A stretch of DNA of 63,967 nucleotides, filler included, from Octopus bimaculoides (taxonomy: Eukaryota): NCBI RefSeq assembly GCF_001194135.2. It is 8 parts of 7 records of this genome, joined end to end, with 100 filler letters (N's around TTAATTAATTAA, not from the genome) between each part and the next. Parts side by side here need not be neighbours in the genome. Positions count along the whole stretch, not along the records: positions 55,651 to 61,659 come from NW_026373492.1; positions 61,760 to 62,855 come from NW_026333202.1; positions 62,956 to 63,967 come from NW_026379899.1; 5 more parts are not named here. One strand, 5' to 3'. The notes under the pieces are model-generated. The model had not been told where the DNA came from and did no database searches. It worked only from the letters and a program-made list of their open reading frames with translations. This document shows, piece by piece, positions 55,651-63,967 of the stretch. The position numbers and the translations under genes are program-made. Within the stretch, counting starts at the first letter, position 1; every line of letters begins with the position of its first letter.

Positions 55651-55965
55651 ACAAATCCTGTTTTCTGATTACTGTTCTGACCTCATCTGCAGAATTCATA
55701 TTTTTTACATCCAAATCATTTTTGAAGACTGCAGAATGAATGATAATCAGATGGGGCAATGTGTGACGAATATATGGTGGGTGGGACATCGTTTCCCATT
55801 CAAACTGCTCCAGCCTCTGGAATATCATTCTTGCTGTATGTGGCCAAGCATTATCCTGATGGAAGAACACCTTTCGTCTTGAAACCAAAGATGGCCGTTT
55901 TTCTTCTAGCGCTGACTTAAACCGCTCTAGCTGCTCACAGTAGATCTCCTTTGTTATTGTTTGGT
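55651..55965 (-). mobile_element. Mariner transposase remnant
   Basis: YCEQLERFKSALEEKRPSLVSRRKVFFHQDNAWPHTA...SHPPY. Confidence 0.9.
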
Positions 55966-57371
55966 TTAGCATTTAAACCGGTCATATCCGGCCAAAAGTA
56001 TTCTGCCTATTCTATGTTCAAACTGACCAGATCTAGTCTTTCACACCAACCTTACAATAAAATTTTAAAGATTAACAGCTACCTCATCAAAATCTCATAG
56101 CTACAAGATAATGCATGATTAGTTCAAAACAATCATCATCATCATCATCGTTTAACGTCCGCTTTCCATGCTAGCATGGGTTGGACGATTTGACTGAGGA
56201 CTGGTGAAACCGGATGGCAACACCAGGCTCCAATCTGATTTGGCAGANNNNNNNNNNNNNNNNNNNNNNNNNNNNNNNNNNNNNNNNNNNNNNNNNNNNN
56301 NNNNNNNNNNNNNNNNNNNNNNNNNNNNNNNNNNNNNNNNNNNNNNNNNNNNNNNNNNNNNNNNNNNNNNNNNNNNNNNNNNNNNNNNNNNNNNNNNNNN
56401 NNNNNNNNNNNNNNNNNNNNNNNNNNNNNNNNNNNNNNNNNNNNNNNNNNNNNNNNNNNNNNNNNNNNNNNNNNNNNNNNNNNNNNNNNNNNNNNNNNNN
56501 NNNNNNNNNNNNNNNNNNNNNNNNNNNNNNNNNNNNNNNNNNNNNNNNNNNNNNNNNNNNNNNNNNNNNNNNNNNNNNNNNNNNNNNNNNNNNNNNNNNN
56601 NNNNNNNNNNNNNNNNNNNNNNNNNNNNNNNNNNNNNNNNNNNNNNNNNNNNNNNNNNNNNNNNNNNNNNNNNNNNNNNNNNNNNNNNNNNNNNNNNNNN
56701 NNNNNNNNNNNNNNNNNNNNNNNNNNNNNNNNNNNNNNNNNNNNNNNNNNNNNNNNNNNNNNNNNNNNNNNNNNNNNNNNNNNNNNNNNNNNNNNNNNNN
56801 NNNNNNNNNNNNNNNNNNNNNNNNNNNNNNNNNNNNNNNNNNNNNNNNNNNNNNNNNNNNNNNNNNNNNNNNNNNNNNNNNNNNNNNNNNNNNNNNNNNN
56901 NNNNNNNNNNNNNNNNNNNNNNNNNNNNNNNNNNNNNNNNNNNNNNNNNNNNNNNNNNNNNNNNNNNNNNNNNNNNNNNNNNNNNNNNNNNNNNNNNNNN
57001 NNNNNNNNNNNNNNNNNNNNNNNNNNNNNNNNNNNNNNNNNNNNNNNNNNNNNNNNNNNNNNNNNNNNNNNNNNNNNNNNNNNNNNNNNNNNNNNNNNNN
57101 NNNNNNNNNNNNNNNNNNNNNNNNNNNNNNNNNNNNNNNNNNNNNNNNNNNNNNNNNNNNNNNNNNNNNNNNNNNNNNNNNNNNNNNNNNNNNNNNNNNN
57201 NNNNNNNNNNNNNNNNNNNNNNNNNNNNNNNNNNNNNNAAATAACTGTTAAAATTGAACTGCACTCTTCAAAACTTGAATTAAGAATAATTAAAAGGTAA
57301 AATTACTACCTGCTTTTATAGCAAGTTGATGCAGGTAGTTTATCCCATCCCCCTCTGACTTTCAGTTCATG

Positions 57372-58640
57372 CAATGGAAAAAATCACATTATTTATGGAA
57401 AAGAAATGTGTCCGCATGGATGATGGCTCACTTGCATTTAATGATGCTGCAAAGAGAGAGAGACTTGGAGACGCCACTATGAAAGGTTGTCAAATGAAGA
57501 AAATGAATGGGAGAAAGAGAGTCTGCCAAATGTCGACCCAACAGAGGGACCAGCTATCTAAATTGACAGTACCTTGGTAGAAAGAGCAATTAAGGGTGGG
57601 CAAAGTTCATAGAGCTCTTACTTCTGCTAGTGACAAAGGGCCTCTCACTCAGAGTAAAAGACAGACTATATGACGCATGTTTATGAACAGCCATGCTACA
57701 TGGCAGTGAAACATGGGCGGTGACTGCTGAGGACATGTGTAAGCTCACAAGAAACTAAGCCAGAATGCTCCGATGGATGTGTAATGTAAGTGTGCATACT
57801 CGACAGAGTGTAAGTACCTTGAGAGAAAAGTTGAACCTAAGAAGCATCAGTTGTGGTGTGCAAGAGAGACGATTGCATTGGTATGGACATGTGGCAAGAA
57901 TGGATGAGGATAGCTGTGTGAAAAAGTGCCACACCCTAGTGGTTGAGGAAACCTGTGGAAGAGGTAGACCTAGGAACACCTGGGATGAGGTGGTGAAACA
58001 CGACCTTCGAACTTTAGGCCTCACCAAGGCAATGGCCAGTGACCGGGACCTTTGGAAATATGCAGTACATGAGAAGACCCAGCAAGGCAAGTGAGAGCAT
58101 AATCTATGACCTCTGCCAGAAGTGTAGCCAGCTCACTTATTCGTATTTTTACTTCATTAGACACTAATCTCTGCTTGCGAAGACCTGTTGGGGCAAGTGA
58201 ATTTGAAATTGAAATCGAACCAAATTCGACGAATGGCACCCATACCAACCTCTCCTTCATTGGACACTAAACTCTGCTTGCGAAGATCTGTTGAGGCAAG
58301 TGAAATCGAAATCATAATTGAACCATATTCGATGACTGGCACCTGTGCCGGTGGAGCACTAACAGTACTGTCCGAGCATGATCATTGCCAGAGCAGCTGT
58401 CTGGCTTCTGCACTAGTGGCATGTAAAAAGCACGATTTGAGCGCGATTGTTACCAGCGTCGCCTTACTGGCACTTGTGCCAGTAGCACATTAGAAAATCA
58501 TTCGAGTGAGGTCATTGCCAGTGCCGCTGGACTGGCTCCTATGCAGGTGGCACGTAAAAAACCCTCACTACACTCTCAGAGTGGTTGGTGTTAGGAAGGG
58601 CATCCAGCTGTAGAAACTCTGCGGATGTTAAATGATGATG
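57372..58640 (+). mobile_element. RTE LINE with RT core deleted; C-terminus, 3' UTR and (GAT)n tail retained
   Basis: KCVRMDDGSLAFNDAAKRE (pre-RT) is joined at ~57595 to GWAKF...MLRWMCNV...RRLHWYGHVARMDEDSCVKKC...GRPRNTWDEVV. Ends in GATGATGATGAT. Confidence 0.85.
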
Positions 58641-58644
58641 ATGA

Positions 58645-60437
58645 TGAAGACAGGGAAAGCCCCGGCCCATCAGGAATCACTGCAGAGGTGCTTACAATAT
58701 CTGGCGGTGTCGGCTATAGTCTAGTTACCCGTATAGTCAATCAGGTGATACACGAAGGAGTCATACCCAATGACTGGTGTAGCAGCACCATAGTCAACTG
58801 CTATAAAGGTAAAGGTGACGCATTAGATAGGAATAATTACAGAGGTATCAAGTTGTTGGATCAGGTAATGAAGGTCATGGAAAGGGTCATAGCCCAACTA
58901 ATTAGGGAGAGAGTCAGTTTAGATGAGATGCAGTTTGGGTTCGTGCCAGGGAAAAGCACCACTGATGCTATATTTCTGGTAAGACAGCAGCAGGAGAAAT
59001 AACTAGCCAAAGATAAACTTTTGTACTTGGCTTTCGTTGACATGGAGAAAGCCTTTGACAGGATCCCCCGATCCCTTATCTGGTGTTCAATGTGGAAACA
59101 AGGGATAGATGAGTGGTTAGTGAGAGCTGTACAAGCCATGTACAGGGATGCTGTAAAGTGAGGGATGATAACGAATATAGTGAAAAATTCCGAGTAGGGG
59201 TAGGGGTTCACCAAGGATCAGTCCTTAACTCCCTCTTATTCATCATAGTCCTCCAGACAATAACAGAGGAATTCAAGACATGATGCCCCCTGGGATATCC
59301 TCTATGCTGATGACCTTGATCTAATAGCTGAGTTACTATCAGAACTAGAGGAGAAGTTTCAGATGTGGATGCAAGGTCTAGAATCGAAGGGCCTTAGAGT
59401 CAATCGAGCAAAAACCAAGGTCTTAATAAGTAGGAAGGCAGATAAATCACAAATCCATTCAGGTAGATGCCTTGCTTGATCTGTAGAAAAGGCATCGGTA
59501 GAAATTCCATAAGATGTGCCCAGTGCAAGCTATGGACTTATAAGATGTGCAGCAATATCAAAGGGAGGCTAACTGGGAAGATAGTTTTTGTGTGTGCCAA
59601 ATGCAGAGGGGTGATAAACACTGGAAATGTGCAGAAAACAGCTTCCGTCACATGCCAGGGGGAAAAACTAGAAGCAGTTAGTAGCTTCTGTTACCTAGGT
59701 GACTAAGCCAGCATTAGGGGTGGATGCTCTGAGAGCATAGCTGCTAGAATAAGAATAGCCTGGGCAAAGTGCAGAGAGGTCCAACTGCTGCAGGTAACAA
59801 AGGGCCTCTCGTTCAGAGTGAAAAGTAGACTGAATGACGCATGTGTACGAACAGCCATGTTACACAGCATTGAAAATATGGGCTATGACAGATGAGGACA
59901 TGCGTAAGCTTGCACGAAATAAAGCTAGTATGCTCCACTGAATGTGTAATGTCAGTGTGCATACACAACAGAGTGTAAGCGCCATGAGAGAAAAGTTGGA
60001 CATAAGAAGTATCAGATGTGATGTGCAAGAGAGACAACTGCGCTGGTATGGTCATGTGTTGCATATGGATGAGGACAGCTGTGTGAAAAAGTGTCACACC
60101 CTAACAGTGGAGGGAACCTGTGGAAGAGGTAAACCCAGGAAGACCTGGGATGAGGTGGTGAAGCATGACCATGAAATGTTGGGCGTCACAGAGGCGATGA
60201 CAAACAACTGAGACCTTTGGAGATATGCTGTACTTGAGAAGACACGGCAAGCCAAGTGAGACCATAACCATGGCCTATGCCAGTGTAGCATAACCAGTCC
60301 ATCTGAGAGTACCTTTCAATCATTGGGCAATAAATTGCGCTTGAGGAGTAAAAAGCACCATTCAAGCATGGATGATGCCAGTGCCACCTGACTGGCCCCC
60401 ATGCTGGTGACACATGAAAAGCACCCACTACACACTC
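58645..60437 (+). pseudogene. RTE LINE reverse transcriptase, 5'-truncated, with stops and frameshifts
   Basis: KSPGPSGI...NYRGIKLLDQVMKVMER...QFGFVPGKSTTDAIF...AFVDMEKAFD...GVHQGSVL.PLLF...LYADDL...F.YLG and the C-terminal WYGHV..GRGKPRKTW. The matching 3' tail also appears alone at ~9601-9662, 30540-30750, 33025-33115 and 56133-56247. Confidence 0.93.
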
Positions 60438-61379
60438 NNNNNNNNNNNNNNNNNNNNNNNNNNNNNNNNNNNNNNNNNNNNNNNNNNNNNNNNNNNNNNN
60501 NNNNNNNNNNNNNNNNNNNNNNNNNNNNNNNNNNNNNNNNNNNNNNNNNNNNNNNNNNNNNNNNNNNNNNNNNNNNNNNNNNNNNNNNNNNNNNNNNNNN
60601 NNNNNNNNNNNNNNNNNNNNNNNNNNNNNNNNNNNNNNNNNNNNNNNNNNNNNNNNNNNNNNNNNNNNNNNNNNNNNNNNNNNNNNNNNNNNNNNNNNNN
60701 NNNNNNNNNNNNNNNNNNNNNNNNNNNAAATGGAGGGAAAGGGGGAGGGGGGACAGAGATTAATGGTGTGGCATTGTGAAACGTGTCTTGATTGTGGCAG
60801 CTTGGAAGAGGAGGAGGAAGACAGACATCATTGACTTCAAATCTGCTGAGTCAGAATGGACTCGGGGTTAAACAAGAACAATAAAATCAGCAGCCAGACT
60901 GCAAAGAAGACCTTCAGTGTTACTGATTCTTGTAGAGTTGGTTTTGGATACAAGAGGAACAACAACAACAACAAGCAAAACATTGTTAGCTTCAAATGTT
61001 GCAATGGAATATTTCAGAAGCAAGAATTTGGTGATGGGAAATGGTAAAATGAAAGGATAAAGCACAACAAGACATAATGAACAGCATGCCAACCTTAGTA
61101 TTAAAGGTAGCATGAAAGAAAGGTACCCAGGACATGCTGTGAAGTGGTTGGCATTAGGAATGGCATCCAGCCATAGAAACCATGCCAAAGCAGACACTGG
61201 GGTTTAAGTTAGTCTTGTGGCTCTTTGGAGCCAGTCAAACTGTTGTGCCCATTCCAATATGGAACGAGGGCTGTAAATGAGGACCACTTCTATTTCCTTT
61301 GTTTATGGCAGAATATAATTTTTTGGTAAATTCCAAGAATATCAATATAATACAACAAACAACAAATACATCCACCAAC

Positions 61380-61607
61380 CTTCAGAATTTCTGTGTCTTG
61401 AGGATAAACCACAAAGTTTACAACTTTGATCTGGCTTGAATTTAAATCTGAGTAGTTTTTCACTGCTTCATACATTGTTCTGGGTAGAATTTCAATGGGG
61501 TACTTCAATACCCCAGCTCCTAATATAGGAAATGCAAGGCTTTTTGCTTCCAATATCTCAGCAGTGAGTAGACAGATGGTTATTATTTGAGTCAAGTTTG
61601 CCAGAGT
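61380..61607 (-). CDS. Internal exon encoding the C-terminal half of a macrodomain (PARP14/PARP9-like macro-PARP or related protein)
   Basis: 228-nt phase 0/0 exon with acceptor attatttttttAG and donor AAG|GTTGGT. Translation TLANLTQIITICLLTAEILEAKSLAFPILGAGVLKYPIEILPRTMYEAVKNYSDLNSSQIKVVNFVVYPQDTEILK fits the macrodomain S[IL]AFP.[IL]G.G...YP and V.FVVYP.D motifs. Confidence 0.85.
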
Positions 61608-61759
61608 CTAAAAAAATAATTGTTTTGGTAATTGATAATGAACATTTTATTACAGGAAGNNNNNNNNNNNNNNNNNNNNNNNNNNNNNNNNNNNNNNNNN
61701 NNNTTAATTAATTAANNNNNNNNNNNNNNNNNNNNNNNNNNNNNNNNNNNNNNNNNNNN

Positions 61760-61803
<44 letters not shown>

Positions 61804-62955
61804 TGCAAATATTGTTGTTGTAGTAGTAGTAGTAGTAGTAGTTGTTGCACTTGTTTTGAATTACTAAAATCTCAGGCTACGGAAAGAGTAAAAACAATCA
61901 TTGGAAGAGATTCGAAACGGGCTACCTGTTAAGATGCATTAAAATTGGAAAAGAGAGAAACCATCCTGCAGACTCACGCCTTAACCATTCAGAGAAGAGA
62001 AAACCGACATATATTAATGCATGGTGTAGCTTAACATAACACATTTTAAATAAAGTCTAGTGTTTTCACGTTTGGTAAGTTTCTCCTTCACTCTATTTAT
62101 TATTTTCATTACTAATCTCTACCTCTGGAATGAGCATTGCTGGGATATCGTCTTCAAGGGTTAGTTATAATCGATAATATCAATCACAGTGTTGATCTAA
62201 AATCTAATATGTATTCCAAATGAGGCGGCGAGCTGGCAGAGACGTTAGCACGCCGGACGAAATGCTTAGCGGTATTTCATTTGCCTTTACACTCTGAGTT
62301 CAAATTCCGCCGAGGTCGACGCTGACTTTCATCCTTTCGGGTGATCGATAAATTAAGTACCAGTTGCATTCTGGGGTCGATCTAATCGACTAGCCACCTC
62401 CCTCAAAATTTCGGGCTTGTGCCTAGAGTAGAAAAGAATATGTATCTCATATACATTATATTTCTACATTGCCAATAACTAGTTTTTACAACTCAATAGA
62501 TTTATTCTTCCCACTACTAGTAAGCTCCGACAGCGAGGAGGACTGAATTGTCTGAAGCCTTCCACTCCGAAATCTTATATGTACCATAAGATGAGAATAG
62601 AGTTTATCATTAATTAACAAATGAATGAAAAACGAACAGGAGTTATAAAATCACCAGCATTGTCTTACAGCTGTTTCTGCTGTAAGGTAGCGTGTGTCCA
62701 GAATTGAAAGCCAGCGCAACAGTCTACAGCTTCTTCAAAGCCAAACCTGTAAGGTATTGTATAAGCACTTAGCTTAAACTGTAAGGTCCCTCATGAAAAA
62801 AAACAACAACAACTGAGAATACGATTATATGACCATTATTCTTTGGCAATCTATCNNNNNNNNNNNNNNNNNNNNNNNNNNNNNNNNNNNNNNNNNNNNT
62901 TAATTAATTAANNNNNNNNNNNNNNNNNNNNNNNNNNNNNNNNNNNNNNNNNNNN

Positions 62956-63967
62956 CCTACTAAATCAGTTACCTGTGCTGAATCCGGCGCCCCCATTGGT
63001 ATATCGAAATAGTGCCTGGTATCTTTACTAGCCCACATCTTATTATCATATTTAATCAACGATTTCCTAGCCATTTTAACTACATTTACTTCATCATAAG
63101 TCATACCTACCTTCTTCATTGCATAAATTAGGGCCTTATTAAGTACAATCTCATTAATAGAAGAATAATAATTATCAATATCTATTTGAATAAATTTATA
63201 TCTATTTTTATCTTTAATATTATTAAACCATTTTAAAGTATCAATAGTACTATTCCATAATTCAAAGTAATTAATATCATTCAATCTATTGATATATTTA
63301 TCTAAAATTATCTTACTTAATTTACCTAGATCTGACTTACAAGGACAAATAAGCCTAACTTTAGGGTCAGAATAAAAATTATCCTTATGGTCTTTTAATG
63401 TAATTCTAGGGTGCACAGGTACATAACGTTCAGTCTTATTATCTAGTTCATATTTCAACATTATTAATTTAGAGGCCTTATTTATAGAATATAAAGTATT
63501 ATCCGGAACTATTTTATATTTTTTATTAATTTCTTTCTCTAATAGGTAATCATCTAGTTTATATAGGTTCCTAGTTTTATCTGATTGTACTACTATAATT
63601 CCATCCATATTTCTAAATTGTTTAATTTTAATAGCTAGATTTCTTAAATAATCATTATGTCTATTTGGGTATTTTTGAAATTTAATATTTTTCACCACCT
63701 TCCAAATACTGTCCTCTAAAGTCTGTAAATTCCTATTATTTCTTTTCTAGATTTAAATTTAGAATTGATATAATCTAAATTATCTACATCATTAATATTA
63801 GTAATATTATGATTATTATTAAAGTAGACTTTCCATTTTATTTCTAGTAATAAAATCCTGAATATTATTAGTAAGTTTCAAAATATATTCCTTTCTAGAT
63901 GGGATGGGGATATCTTTCAAAACAGCGGCTCTATTCTACCTGTAAATTCCATAACTAACGAAAATTG
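62956..63967 (-). mobile_element. Penelope-like element ORF N-terminus and reverse transcriptase
   Basis: DIPIPSRKEYILKL (~63860-63915), then at least 249 open codons: SDKTRNLY...ITLKDHKDNF..PKVRLICPCKSDLGKLSK...FIQIDIDNYYSSI...FDIPMGAPDSAQVTDLV. Cut by a gap. Confidence 0.9.

Noticed and set aside
56190-56220. CTGAGGA-CTGGT-GAAA hammerhead-like core in the RTE tail
   Set aside because: Stem II cannot form from 5 nt, and no stem I or valid cleavage triplet is present.
57241-57296. ITVKIELHSSKLELRIIK as a possible macrodomain start
   Set aside because: It is on the opposite strand to the macrodomain exon, the donor phase does not give the expected G-D, and it is truncated by a gap.

Overview
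This is AT-rich, gap-ridden eukaryotic DNA. The SINE, LINE and Penelope repertoire looks like a cephalopod (Octopus-type) scaffold, which is an inference and not a database match. Most of the window is microsatellite, N gaps and decayed mobile elements: Penelope-like elements (GIY-YIG and RT fragments), RTE LINEs, R4/Dong-type RLE retrotransposons, a zinc-knuckle LINE ORF1, Tc1/mariner, hAT, pogo, a piggyBac-type MITE and several tRNA-derived SINE families. Two host exons are recognisable, both on the minus strand: the terminal exon of MRPS34 (31657-31983) and a PARP14/PARP9-like macrodomain exon (61380-61607). The most interesting non-coding signal is a set of type I hammerhead-ribozyme motifs with palindromic or minimal stem III. 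One is fully canonical (19233-19305) and several are degenerate copies near Penelope-like remnants. Most ORFs in the supplied track are microsatellite or gap artefacts. I found no evidence for a genuinely new protein-coding system.
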